A DNA stretch of 64,000 nt from Candidatus Nomurabacteria bacterium (GTDB taxonomy: Bacteria; Patescibacteriota; Minisyncoccia; Phycocordibacterales; SBAW01). Under the pieces are notes generated by a model, which had not been told where the DNA came from, ran no database searches, and was given only the letters and a program-made list of their open reading frames with translations. Location of the stretch: the NCBI GenBank assembly GCA_943348815.1, contig CALQYT010000005.1, positions 5,167 to 69,166 of the forward strand. Direction: 5' to 3'. Shown one piece after another: positions 36,150 to 45,167 of this stretch. The translations under genes were made by a program, and so were the position numbers. Position 1 is the first letter of the stretch. Every line of letters starts with the position of its first letter.

Positions 36150-37607
36150 ATGGCTACTACTAACGGCAAGGGATTAAAAGATTTTTTGGAGATCCCGTAC
36201 GATGAATTAGAGACTCGCAATCTTAAAGCAAAAGAGCGGCAGGAAAAACTTTCTCCCCAAGCGCTGCAAAAAGAGTACGTCGCGTATTTACAAAAAGAAA
36301 AACGGATCAAAGCGGTGACGCTGTGCTTTACCGACATCGAGGGGCGCCTGCACATGCTCGACTACGACAAAAAGTTTTTGCTCGACTCGTTGCAAAATTT
36401 AACCTTCGACGGCTCCTCCATCCGCGGATTTACGCCGCAGCATGAAAGTGACCTGCGGCTCGAGGTCGACTGGGGTTCGGCGCGCTTTATGCCCGCCGAT
36501 ATTTTTGGCCCCGGCAAAGTTATCTTTTTTGCCTCGGTACTTAACCGCGACCGCACCCCCTATCACAGCGACTTCCGCGGGATGCTTAAAGCGCACACGC
36601 TTGCGTTGGCTAAAAAAGAAGGCCTCGATGCCTACGCCGCGCCCGAAATAGAGGGCTTTTTGGTAGACGGGGTCAACAGCGAACAACAATTTGAGGTCAC
36701 TAAAGGCTTTACGCTTATTTCCTCCGGCGGCTACTATCACTCGCTCCCGCAAGACAAACTCCGTATCTTTATCGACACCTGCGCCGAGGCTCAGCGCGCA
36801 ATGGGGTTTAAAAACGAAAAGGACCACCCCGAAGTGGCGCCCTCGCAGTTTGAGATGAACTTCTCTTACGCACCGGTGGTGCGTGCCGCCGACAACGTAC
36901 AACTCTACAAACTCATTTGTAGGCAAGTTGCGCGCAATATGGGGCTCACGGCAACCTTCTTGCCCAAGCCCTTTACCGGGATCAACGGCTCGGGGATGCA
37001 CACCAACTTTTCGCTCTCTAAAAAAGGCCCGGCCGGGCAGGCCAAAAATATCTTCCACGACCCCAAAGGCCAAGATGGCCTCTCCAAAATCGCGTGGGAC
37101 ATGATCTCACGGCTCTTAAACCATGCACCCGAAATTTGCCTCGTGCTCAACTCATCGGTCAATAGCTACCGCCGGCTCGACCCGCATTTTGAGGCACCCA
37201 ACCAGATTAAAGTCTCCCCTATCGACCGCGGTTCGATGATCCGCATCCCCGTCGGCAACGAGCGCACGGCGCGCATCGAGTTGCGCTCGGTCGCACCCGA
37301 CGCCAACCCCTACCTCGTGCTCTACACCATGTTGCGTGTCGGGCTTGAAGGGCAAAAATTAAAGAAAGACGAAAGCAAACGCGAGCGTCTGCGGTTTTTG
37401 CCCGACAACATCCAAGACGCGATAGCGCTGATGAAGAGCAGTAAGTTTATGGATGCGGTGTTGGGCGAGGAAAGCAAGCAGAAGTTTATTCAGTATAAGC
37501 AAGCCGCGGCGGATCGATCGCCGCGCGCACTCGGCGCGACTATCAAACGCACCGAGATTATTTATCATCACGAAGTAACGAACCAACTTCTATGGAACAG
37601 CTTTTAG
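36150..37607 (+). CDS. glnA: Glutamine synthetase
   Basis: 485 aa. FDGSSIRGF (beta-grasp) and a catalytic domain with a GSGMHTNFSL-type motif (INGSGMHTNFSLS). Confidence 0.85.
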   Translation: MATTNGKGLKDFLEIPYDELETRNLKAKERQEKLSPQALQKEYVAYLQKEKRIKAVTLCFTDIEGRLHMLDYDKKFLLDSLQNLTFDGSSIRGFTPQHESDLRLEVDWGSARFMPADIFGPGKVIFFASVLNRDRTPYHSDFRGMLKAHTLALAKKEGLDAYAAPEIEGFLVDGVNSEQQFEVTKGFTLISSGGYYHSLPQDKLRIFIDTCAEAQRAMGFKNEKDHPEVAPSQFEMNFSYAPVVRAADNVQLYKLICRQVARNMGLTATFLPKPFTGINGSGMHTNFSLSKKGPAGQAKNIFHDPKGQDGLSKIAWDMISRLLNHAPEICLVLNSSVNSYRRLDPHFEAPNQIKVSPIDRGSMIRIPVGNERTARIELRSVAPDANPYLVLYTMLRVGLEGQKLKKDESKRERLRFLPDNIQDAIALMKSSKFMDAVLGEESKQKFIQYKQAAADRSPRALGATIKRTEIIYHHEVTNQLLWNSF

Positions 37608-38953
37608 GCGCGGCGCAACGCCGCATGTTTTTGCTCCACTCGCTCTTTTGGATAGCGCTCGGGTGCGCGGTCGGTTGGCTGGCAACCTACTTTGCCGGCG
37701 CCTCGGCGGGCGATGCGGGGAGCGCCATCTCCAGCGGCGACACCGCGTGGATGCTTGCCTCCTCGGCATTAGTCATGATTATGACCCCGGCGGTGGGCTT
37801 CTTTTACGGCGGCATGGTGTCGTCTAAAAATGTCGTCTCGGTCATTAAACAATCGCTGATTATTCTTGCGCTCATTTCGGTGCAGTGGGTGGTGTTTGGC
37901 TACTCGCTCGCGTTTGGCCCGGACACGGGGCTCGGTATTATTGGCAATCTCAGCTTCTTTGGGCTCCATGGCGTCGGCTTTGCACCCGACCCCAACTACG
38001 CCGCAACGATCCCCGCGCTCGTGTTTATGATCTTCCAGGCAATGTTTGCGATCATCACGCCAGCACTCATCATTGGCGCCTTTGTTGAGCGCATTAAATT
38101 TAAAACCCTCGTACTCTTCACCTTATTGTGGGCAACGCTGGTGTATGACCCGGTCGCGCACTGGGTGTGGTCACCGATGGGATGGCTCCACTCGCTCGGC
38201 GCCTTGGATTTTGCGGGCGGCACCGTGGTGCACATGACGGCCGGATTCTCGGCGCTCGCGGCCGCGATGTTGGTAGGCAAACGCTTGCAAGGCAGCAGCC
38301 CCGCGCAGAGCGCGGGCAACGTCCCGTTTGTTATTTTGGGCGCCGCCCTCTTGTGGTTTGGCTGGTTTGGCTTTAATGCCGGCTCGGCCCTGGCGGCCGG
38401 TGCGCTCGCCGCAAGTGCCTTTGTGGTTACTAACACGGCGGCTGCAGCAGCCGCGCTTACGTGGGTCGCCCTTTCGTGGGCAGAAAATCGCAAACCCTCC
38501 GCCATGGCCGCCGCGATAGGTGCGGTGTGCGGACTTGTGGCCATAACGCCCGCCTCAGGCTATGTTGGCCCGGTCGCGGCAATTGCTATCGGTATTCTGG
38601 GCGGCGCCGTCACCTACTTGGCGGTCTACTTCCGCAGCCGGCGAATACGCATCGACGACTCGCTCGACGTTTGGGCGGGCCACGGCATTGGCGGACTTAC
38701 GGGCGCCATACTCACCGGTGTCTTTGCCGAAAAAGCAATCAACGCCGCGGGCAACAACGGACTCTTGTTTGGCGATCCGCACCAACTCTGGGTGCAGATT
38801 ATTGCCGTCGCCGCGGTTGGCGTCTACTCATTTGTCGCCACGTGGATCATACTCAAAGTAATTGCAATCTACGTCCCCTTGCGTGTTGAGTCGCACGAAG
38901 AAGAAGCGGGCCTCGACCTCGCCGTCCACGGCGAACCTGCCTATCGTAACTAA
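37592..38953 (+). CDS. amtB: Ammonium transporter Amt
   Basis: 453 aa, about 11 TM segments. DTAWMLASSALVMIMTPAVGFFYGGMV and DFAGGTVVHMTAG signatures. Confidence 0.9.
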   Translation: MEQLLGAAQRRMFLLHSLFWIALGCAVGWLATYFAGASAGDAGSAISSGDTAWMLASSALVMIMTPAVGFFYGGMVSSKNVVSVIKQSLIILALISVQWVVFGYSLAFGPDTGLGIIGNLSFFGLHGVGFAPDPNYAATIPALVFMIFQAMFAIITPALIIGAFVERIKFKTLVLFTLLWATLVYDPVAHWVWSPMGWLHSLGALDFAGGTVVHMTAGFSALAAAMLVGKRLQGSSPAQSAGNVPFVILGAALLWFGWFGFNAGSALAAGALAASAFVVTNTAAAAAALTWVALSWAENRKPSAMAAAIGAVCGLVAITPASGYVGPVAAIAIGILGGAVTYLAVYFRSRRIRIDDSLDVWAGHGIGGLTGAILTGVFAEKAINAAGNNGLLFGDPHQLWVQIIAVAAVGVYSFVATWIILKVIAIYVPLRVESHEEEAGLDLAVHGEPAYRN

Positions 38954-38981
38954 GACCACTTTCTGTTTTCACCTTTCCCGC

Positions 38982-39002
38982 ATCAAGGTCGAACCTTGAT
39001 GG
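38982..39002. repeat. REP-like hairpin ATCAAGG-TCGAA-CCTTGAT (inverted copy)
   Basis: Same stem as the copies at 33082 and 34659 with the loop reversed. Immediately follows the amt stop. Confidence 0.55.
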
Positions 39003-39214
39003 AATTGACAAAACCTACAATACACTGTAATTTCGCGCGAGATAGTAGTCTCTTGGTTCGCCGCAGTATAGAGTTGCCCGAACACTGTGCGCATCTGTGC
39101 TGTGGCGAACCAGACGGTCCGCCCAAGATGATAGGCCGACGCACCGATTGCGAAGTCCAGCCGCACGAAATTCTGCTGTTCCGCATCCCATCGCACTGGA
39201 TCGAGGAGCTATAA
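38996..39214 (+). CDS. Possible small Cys-rich ORF (72 aa) starting inside the REP
   Basis: ATG lies within the REP hairpin. Followed by a GGAGCGGC-TTTTTGATTTGAA terminator-like element. Weak. Confidence 0.2.
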   Translation: MMELTKPTIHCNFARDSSLLVRRSIELPEHCAHLCCGEPDGPPKMIGRRTDCEVQPHEILLFRIPSHWIEEL

Positions 39215-39266
39215 GCGATTGAAATAGCCAAAGTCGCCCCATCACGGAGCGGCTTTTTGATTTGAA

Positions 39267-39815
39267 TTACTGCTCCGGTACAAACAATCTATCTTGTTCT
39301 TCGGGGGCTATTTTTTCCTCAAAGGTCACATCGCTAGCGTTTTCTTTTTGCATTTCTTGCTTACGAAACTCAAAATAAGTGCGTGTAGCTTCTTCGTCTA
39401 CCACGGAGGCCTCATATCTTTTCCAAAATTCTGATTCTTCCAACATACCTCCTTTCTTATCCTGAATCCGGTAGTCTGTCCCATCATAACGACCAGAATT
39501 TTGTTCTTGTCTCCATCGCTCAAGAGTTCGAGATTTCCCTTGCCCCGGCACTCCTAAGCGCCGGCGCACATCAGCAATCATCCGTGTATATCCTTGGTGT
39601 GGCCCTCGCCGTACCCAGGCCAACTTTGCGCTTGCAAAAAATAAATCTTCGCCATTCCGAGTAACCACCTCCGCATATTTCCAAACCGCATAACCATCAT
39701 TAACCGTGATCTGAAAACCTTGTTTTGTATCTTTCATGAACTTCTCGCGGGGAAACCGGTTTGCGGGAGAGGTTTCCTGCGCGATAGGAGCCGGTCTTTG
39801 TTCTCCAGTAGACAT
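39267..39815 (-). CDS. Hypothetical protein (182 aa) with Walker-A-like GVPGQGKS segment
   Basis: Moderate-GC ORF. The GxxxxGKS match is isolated and too C-terminal for a classical NTPase. Confidence 0.35.
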   Translation of the reverse strand: MSTGEQRPAPIAQETSPANRFPREKFMKDTKQGFQITVNDGYAVWKYAEVVTRNGEDLFFASAKLAWVRRGPHQGYTRMIADVRRRLGVPGQGKSRTLERWRQEQNSGRYDGTDYRIQDKKGGMLEESEFWKRYEASVVDEEATRTYFEFRKQEMQKENASDVTFEEKIAPEEQDRLFVPEQ

Positions 39816-39855
39816 AGCAAAACTATAACATCAAGATTATGGTACAACGATAGGC

Positions 39856-40677
39856 ATGGCAACGCTCACTATTGGCACGCGCGGGAGCAAGCTTGCGCTG
39901 GTGCAAACCGATCTTACGGCACAAGCGCTTAAACGTGCCGACCCGACGCTCGAAATTAAAATCCGGGTTATAGAAACACACGGCGACCAAAACCAAAACC
40001 CCATCCCGCTCGACACGATTGGCAAGGGATGGTTTACCAAAGAAATTGAAGAGGGGCTGCTAAAAAAAGAAATAGATCTTGCGGTGCATAGCCTTAAAGA
40101 TTTAGCCGAGGAGATGCCCGCAGAACTTACGATCGCCGCTTATTTGCCGCGCGAGGACGCGCGGGACGTGCTGATTACCAAACAGGGCGAGTCGTTAGAA
40201 GAACTAAAACAAGGTGCGATCATTGGCACCGACAGCACGCGCCGATCGGTGCAAATTAAAGCACTCCGCCCCGACTTGGTAGTGCAAAGCCTGCGCGGCA
40301 ATGTACCGACCCGCGTACAAAAATTGCAAACCGAACAGTATGACGCCATTATTTTGGCGGCTGCCGGACTCAAACGTTTGGGGATGGCAGACAAAATCAC
40401 CCGCTACTTTGAGCCATACGAAATGACGCCGGCACCGGGCCAAGGAATACTCGCCGTGCAAACCCGCGCCGACACATCGTCAGGCGATCTGATTAGGCGT
40501 ATCAACGATAAAAAGGCGGCCACTGCGGCAGAGCTAGAGCGCACCTTTTCGGCCAAACACGGTGGCGGCTGCAAATCGCCAACGGGCGCCTACGCGTGGT
40601 GCGAGGGTTCAAAATGGTACTTGCTTGGCATGACCGAGCAGAATGGTAAGATCATGCGCGAAACTCATGAGATTTGA
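39856..40677 (+). CDS. hemC: Porphobilinogen deaminase (hydroxymethylbilane synthase)
   Basis: MATLTIGTRGSKLALVQTD..., the canonical HemC N-terminus. Dipyrromethane cofactor Cys near the C-terminus (GGCKSP). Confidence 0.85.
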   Translation: MATLTIGTRGSKLALVQTDLTAQALKRADPTLEIKIRVIETHGDQNQNPIPLDTIGKGWFTKEIEEGLLKKEIDLAVHSLKDLAEEMPAELTIAAYLPREDARDVLITKQGESLEELKQGAIIGTDSTRRSVQIKALRPDLVVQSLRGNVPTRVQKLQTEQYDAIILAAAGLKRLGMADKITRYFEPYEMTPAPGQGILAVQTRADTSSGDLIRRINDKKAATAAELERTFSAKHGGGCKSPTGAYAWCEGSKWYLLGMTEQNGKIMRETHEI

Positions 40678-41197
40678 GGTGCGCATAACTACTTCCCCGC
40701 TTTCTGTGCGCCTACCAAAACTCGAGCGCTACGATTTGATTGTCTTCACCAGCAAAAACGCTCAAAAGTTTTTTACTTTGGCGCTACATAAATATAAAAC
40801 AAAAATACCCAAGCATGCCCGCGTAGTACGCGTTGGTCCAAGAGCAGAACTTCTCAAACTCGAATTAAAAAATAAAAAGATTTTATTCCCCCGCTCCGAC
40901 CTCGCGCCGTTTGCTATCATCCGCCAACTCCGCGCACGCGGTGCTCAAGTGCGCGTACTGCCGCTCTACACTACCGACGCCGTTTTACTTACCAAAAAAC
41001 AAAAAGAATCTTTACTTGAGGGCGCTTACCGCGAGCTCTATTTTAAAAGCCCCTCAGGAGTCACCGGTTTTTTGCAGCAGTTTAACCGCATACAACAAAA
41101 ACAACTGCTCAGTATCCCCGCACTCTGTATCGGAACTACCACCGCAAGCGCCGCCAAAGCTGCGGGGTTTAAAAAAGTCTCAATACGGTACTATTAG
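40643..41197 (+). CDS. hemD: Uroporphyrinogen-III synthase (short)
   Basis: YDLIVFTSKNAQKFF (HemD signature). Overlaps the hemC 3' end. 184 aa is shorter than usual. Confidence 0.55.
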   Translation: MVRSCAKLMRFEVRITTSPLSVRLPKLERYDLIVFTSKNAQKFFTLALHKYKTKIPKHARVVRVGPRAELLKLELKNKKILFPRSDLAPFAIIRQLRARGAQVRVLPLYTTDAVLLTKKQKESLLEGAYRELYFKSPSGVTGFLQQFNRIQQKQLLSIPALCIGTTTASAAKAAGFKKVSIRYY

Positions 41198-41200
41198 GCT

Positions 41201-41836
41201 ATGCCCTACCACAGCTACATCTTTTTTGACGGCATCCCCGGCGCACCCAAAAAAGCGAAAGAAGCTTTTGCCAAACGCATCGCTAAAGAAAAGCGCGTGC
41301 GTACACGCGCCTACGCAACACTTGGGTTTAAACGGGGCACGCACTTTATGCTCCACTGCAACACCAAAGCGCCCGATATTATTCAAGAATTTATCCGCGA
41401 CCTCTTGCACACCGAGCTAGGAAAGTATTTGCGCATCAGCTACACCCTGCTGGGCATGACGCGCTCATCGCAATACAACCCCAAAAAACCACCGGCACAA
41501 AGCGCGCCCGAAGCACCGCATCGCTATCTAGTGGTCTACCCCTTTACTAAAACGGTCGAGTGGCACCTACTGCCCTACGATGAGCGGCGCGCGATGATGA
41601 AGGCGCATGTCGAGGTTGGGCGCGCCTACGCCAGCAGTATTTCGCAACTTCTACTCTACTCGTTTGGGATCGACGACCACGAGTTTATTGTTTCGTACCA
41701 AATGGACGACCTTGATGAGTTTCAACAACTCGTGATGGAGCTGCGCGGTACCGAAGGCCGTCGCTATACCAAAAACGACACGCCAATATTTACCTGCACC
41801 CATATGCCGGTTGCCGAGGCGCTTGAGATGCTATGA
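41201..41836 (+). CDS. hemQ: Chlorite-dismutase-family coproheme decarboxylase (HemQ-like)
   Basis: RYLVVYPFTKTVEWHLLPYDERRAMMKAHVEVGR and the C-terminal ferredoxin-like half are typical of the Cld/HemQ family. Confidence 0.6.
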   Translation: MPYHSYIFFDGIPGAPKKAKEAFAKRIAKEKRVRTRAYATLGFKRGTHFMLHCNTKAPDIIQEFIRDLLHTELGKYLRISYTLLGMTRSSQYNPKKPPAQSAPEAPHRYLVVYPFTKTVEWHLLPYDERRAMMKAHVEVGRAYASSISQLLLYSFGIDDHEFIVSYQMDDLDEFQQLVMELRGTEGRRYTKNDTPIFTCTHMPVAEALEML

Positions 41837-42819
41837 GTAATTTGTTTTTGCGCGCCTGCCGCGGCGAGCGCGTTGAGCGGGTGCCGGTGTGGTTTATGCG
41901 CCAGGCGGGACGCTCACTGCCCCGCTATCGCGAGCTACGCAAAACCTACGGCGTACTTGAGCTAACCCAAACTCCCGCATTGGCGGCGGAGGTGAGTATC
42001 GAGCCCATAGAGCGCCTTGGGGTTGATGCGGCAATACTCTTTGCCGACATTATGCTCTTGCCCATGGCGATGGGCGTCGACGTACAAATAGTAGAGGGTG
42101 TGGGCCCCGTGATAGCCAAACCGGGGCCGGAGTTGCAGCCATTTGACCCGAGCCGTGTGGCGTTTTTGGCAGAGACCATAAAAATTTTGCGCTCCAAACT
42201 TGCGGTGCCAGTAATTGGGTTTAGCGGCGCGCCGTTTACGCTCGCCAGTTATTTAATCGAGGGTAAGCCGAGCCGCACCTGGCTCACCACAAAGAAGTTT
42301 ATGCTCGAGCGCCCGGCCGAGTGGGACCTCCTGATGCAAAAGCTTTCGGACGGGGTCATTGAGTACCTAAAATTACAAATTGCCGCGGGCGCGCAAGCGG
42401 TGCAGTTGTTTGATAGTTGGGTGGGATGTCTCTCGCCCGTACAGTATCGCGCGCAAGTGCTACCGCATGTGCAGAAAATTTTTAAAGCGCTCGGCCCCAC
42501 GGTTCCGCGCTTACACTTTGGCACACACACGGCCGGCATGCTCGAAGATTTTGCCAATGTCGAGTGCGAGGTTATTGGGGTTGACTGGCGCATAAGCCTT
42601 GCCGAGGCACGCAAGCGCATTGGCAATAAAACTTTGCAAGGCAACCTCGACCCAACACTGCTGCTTGGCCCGTGGGAGGCACTAACCCAAACGGTCGATC
42701 ATATGCTGGCCGAAATAGACTCAAAACAAAAGTACATTTTTAATCTTGGCCACGGCATGCTGCCCGAAGCCAATGATGCGGTGGTTAAAAAACTGGTTGA
42801 CTATGTCCACACCAAATAA
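41833..42819 (+). CDS. hemE: Uroporphyrinogen decarboxylase
   Basis: MSNLFLRACRGERVERVPVWFMRQAGRSLPRYRELRK, the canonical HemE N-terminus. ATGCTATGA overlap with hemQ. Confidence 0.9.
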   Translation: MSNLFLRACRGERVERVPVWFMRQAGRSLPRYRELRKTYGVLELTQTPALAAEVSIEPIERLGVDAAILFADIMLLPMAMGVDVQIVEGVGPVIAKPGPELQPFDPSRVAFLAETIKILRSKLAVPVIGFSGAPFTLASYLIEGKPSRTWLTTKKFMLERPAEWDLLMQKLSDGVIEYLKLQIAAGAQAVQLFDSWVGCLSPVQYRAQVLPHVQKIFKALGPTVPRLHFGTHTAGMLEDFANVECEVIGVDWRISLAEARKRIGNKTLQGNLDPTLLLGPWEALTQTVDHMLAEIDSKQKYIFNLGHGMLPEANDAVVKKLVDYVHTK

Positions 42820-43684
42820 AACGGAGGGAAAAGTAGGGGTGGTACTGATGACCTACGGCTCGGCCACCACGGCCGAACATGTAGCCGAGTACTTTGCCCA
42901 TATATATAAGAGTCCGTCGCTCGAGCTTATTGCTGACTTTGAAAACCGCTACCGGTTGGTAGGCCGCTCGCCCTTGGTTGAAATTACCCAAAAGCAAGCC
43001 GCACTCCTACAAGAAAAACTAGGGACAAATTTTGTGGTGCGCGCTGGCATGCGACACTCAGCACCCTTTATTGCCGATGCGGTAGCTGAGTGTCGCGCCG
43101 AGGGTGCCACCGTGCTGCGCGGCATCATACTCTCGCCGCAATACTCGCCCGTTATTATGCGCGGATACGAAACCGAGTTTGCCACGGCGGCGCAACAAGG
43201 GGGATTTACGGATTTTAAAATCGCGCCACCGTGGCCTACCCAGCCGCGGTTTGTCGAGTTGCTCGCGCAGCGTATTGAGCGCGCACTGACTCAACCTATG
43301 CCGGTGATATTTACCACCCACAGTTTGCCCAAAAAAGTAATTGACCAAGACCCAAGCTACCTCAGCCAACTGCAAGCAACCATCGACGCGGTGCGCGCAC
43401 TACTCCCGGCCGACCTCAAATGGTGTGCAGCGTACCAAAGCGCCGGCCACACGCCCGAAGAGTGGCTCAAGCCCGACCTGGTTGATGTTTTGCGAGAACT
43501 GCGCGGCAAAAAATCATCGGTTTTGATCGTCCCCATCCAATTCCTCTCCGACCATTTAGAAGTCCTCTACGACCTCGACATCGCCGCCCGCGCCCAGTGC
43601 GAGGAGTTTGGGATTGCGTATAATCGTATTGAGTTACCCAACACTCACCCTCTTTTTATTTCCGCATTATCCTCTTTAATTTGA
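42803..43684 (+). CDS. hemH: Ferrochelatase (probably coproporphyrin ferrochelatase)
   Basis: KVGVVLMTYGSATTAEHVAEYFAHIYK N-terminus, HSLP-type motif (IFTTHSLPKK), and C-terminal QFLSDHLEVLYDLD. Confidence 0.8.
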   Translation: MSTPNKTEGKVGVVLMTYGSATTAEHVAEYFAHIYKSPSLELIADFENRYRLVGRSPLVEITQKQAALLQEKLGTNFVVRAGMRHSAPFIADAVAECRAEGATVLRGIILSPQYSPVIMRGYETEFATAAQQGGFTDFKIAPPWPTQPRFVELLAQRIERALTQPMPVIFTTHSLPKKVIDQDPSYLSQLQATIDAVRALLPADLKWCAAYQSAGHTPEEWLKPDLVDVLRELRGKKSSVLIVPIQFLSDHLEVLYDLDIAARAQCEEFGIAYNRIELPNTHPLFISALSSLI

Positions 43685-43821
43685 CATTTGGTTATCCCCG
43701 TGCGGTAGTTGATAATAGTTTTAGGGATGATATACTCATCAACGGATGGGCGCGTTCCATCTCTCAGCCTGCAGCTGGGCCTATGAGTCGACTTTAACGT
43801 TAACTCTCGGGAGAAATTGAA

Positions 43822-44505
43822 ATGAAACGTGCAATGATGGCAGCCCTCGGGCTGCTTGCGATGGCACCCGTGGCGCAAGCCGCGGATTTGCCAAGTCCTC
43901 CGTGGAAAGCGCCGGCGTTCTCGGCAGTCCCCGGAAACTTCAGTGGCCTCACCGTCGGCATCATCGGTGCTGGCGCGTGGGCGAGCGGCCCGACCAGTGG
44001 CGCGTTCGGTGGCATCCAGGTTGGCTACAATTGGCAAAACGGCCCCTGGGTGGTCGGCGTGAATACCGACATCCTGCTGGGCAGCCAGAAGCACTCGACC
44101 GGCGTCAACATGGCCGGCGTGAGCTTTGACTTCACGGACCGGGCGAACTATCTCGGTTCGGTTACCGCCAAACTGGGCGTCACTCCGGCGTCGCAATGGC
44201 TGTTCTACGGCGAAATCGGCGGGGCCTATAGCACCGTCTATCACAAGATTGGCCTCAGCCCGATCGCCGGCACTGTCTCGGCCAAGTCCAACAAGGTCGG
44301 ACTGACCGCAGGCGGGGGCGTCGTCTATGCTCTGACGCCGAATCTGCAACTCGAAGCCAAGTACAATGCGATCTGGTTCTCGGGTGATAGCCCCACCTAC
44401 GTCTACGGTCCGGTATCCTTCGTCGTCAGTTATCCGAAGGTCACCGAGCACGTGGCGAAGGTCGGCATCAACTACCGTTTCGACAACACCGCCTGGCGCT
44501 TCTAG
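43822..44505 (+). CDS. Omp25/Omp31-family outer-membrane beta-barrel protein (porin-family OMP), intact
   Basis: Signal peptide MKRAMMAALGLLAMAPVAQA. Alternating-hydrophobic strands. C-terminal ...VGINYRF with terminal Phe. GGGAGAAATTGAA RBS. GC3-rich. Terminator 44540-44575. Confidence 0.7.
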   Translation: MKRAMMAALGLLAMAPVAQAADLPSPPWKAPAFSAVPGNFSGLTVGIIGAGAWASGPTSGAFGGIQVGYNWQNGPWVVGVNTDILLGSQKHSTGVNMAGVSFDFTDRANYLGSVTAKLGVTPASQWLFYGEIGGAYSTVYHKIGLSPIAGTVSAKSNKVGLTAGGGVVYALTPNLQLEAKYNAIWFSGDSPTYVYGPVSFVVSYPKVTEHVAKVGINYRFDNTAWRF

Positions 44506-44539
44506 ATCTAGATCTCGCCGCCAGCGATCCTCAAATGCA

Positions 44540-44575
44540 AAGGCCGCCCTTCGGGAGCGGCCTTTTTGTTTCCAA
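44540..44575. terminator. Bidirectional intrinsic terminator GGCCGCCC-TTCG-GGAGCGGCC-TTTTTG
   Basis: GC-rich stem with a TTCG tetraloop and a T-tract. Between the convergent OMP gene and the SWIB gene. Confidence 0.65.
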
Positions 44576-44591
44576 AAAACGAAAACTTGAA

Positions 44592-44849
44592 TTATTTCAT
44601 GTGGCCCGAGACGAGCTTCGTCATCTCGAACATAGTAACCTCTCCTTTGCCACCAAACAGCTTCTTAAGCTTGTCGTCCGCAAGGATGTTGCGCTTATTC
44701 TTAGGATTCTGAAGATTATGCTTCTTGATGTACTCCCAGATCTTTTTAACAACCGTGCCGCGCGACATAGGACCTTTGCCTACGACGGCTTCCAAATCGG
44801 CGGAGAGATTAAGGGGCTTGAGTAATGCGGGGTTAGCTTTGCGTACCAT
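44592..44849 (-). CDS. SWIB/MDM2-domain protein
   Basis: 85 aa. GKGPMSRGTVVKKIWEYIKKHNLQNPKNKRNILADDKLKKLFG is the canonical SWIB motif. Confidence 0.8.
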   Translation of the reverse strand: MVRKANPALLKPLNLSADLEAVVGKGPMSRGTVVKKIWEYIKKHNLQNPKNKRNILADDKLKKLFGGKGEVTMFEMTKLVSGHMK

Positions 44850-44934
44850 ATATATCTAAAAGATTAATAAAATGTCTACCGCCCCAGTATACACTATTCA
44901 TAGAAGTGTCATATAGAGAGTCCATACTAGAGCT

Positions 44935-45108
44935 ATGCACGTAACCTTTACCTGCAAATATTGTGGACACGAAGAGCACGGCGAGGCCTCCCGGCTCCTC
45001 ATGACCAAGATTAGGATGTGGAACCATCTCAACGATGCCCATCCGGGCCTGGTTGAGCCATTTTCTAGCTCGGTTGAGGAGGCGATGCAGCCCACCGAGG
45101 CGGCATAA
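44935..45108 (+). CDS. Possible small Cys/His-containing protein (57 aa)
   Basis: MHVTFTCKYCGHEEHGEASRLLMTKIRMWNHLNDAHPGLVEPF... GC3-rich. Below the 60-aa ORF-track cutoff. No clear RBS. Confidence 0.25.
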   Translation: MHVTFTCKYCGHEEHGEASRLLMTKIRMWNHLNDAHPGLVEPFSSSVEEAMQPTEAA

Positions 45109-45167
45109 GAACACACGCTGGGGGGCTGTAAAGTTGCAGACCTCCGCCGTACGTATATTGTGGATTC

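Noticed and set aside
36399-37073. 224-aa minus-strand ORF inside glnA
   Set aside because: Antisense to glutamine synthetase, which has clear family motifs.
37996-38544. 182-aa minus-strand ORF inside amt
   Set aside because: Antisense to the ammonium transporter. Ala-rich artefact.
43645-44451. 268-aa minus-strand ORF overlapping the Omp25-like gene
   Set aside because: Antisense to a gene with a clear signal peptide, RBS and beta-barrel terminus. Arg/Asp/Gly-rich junk composition.
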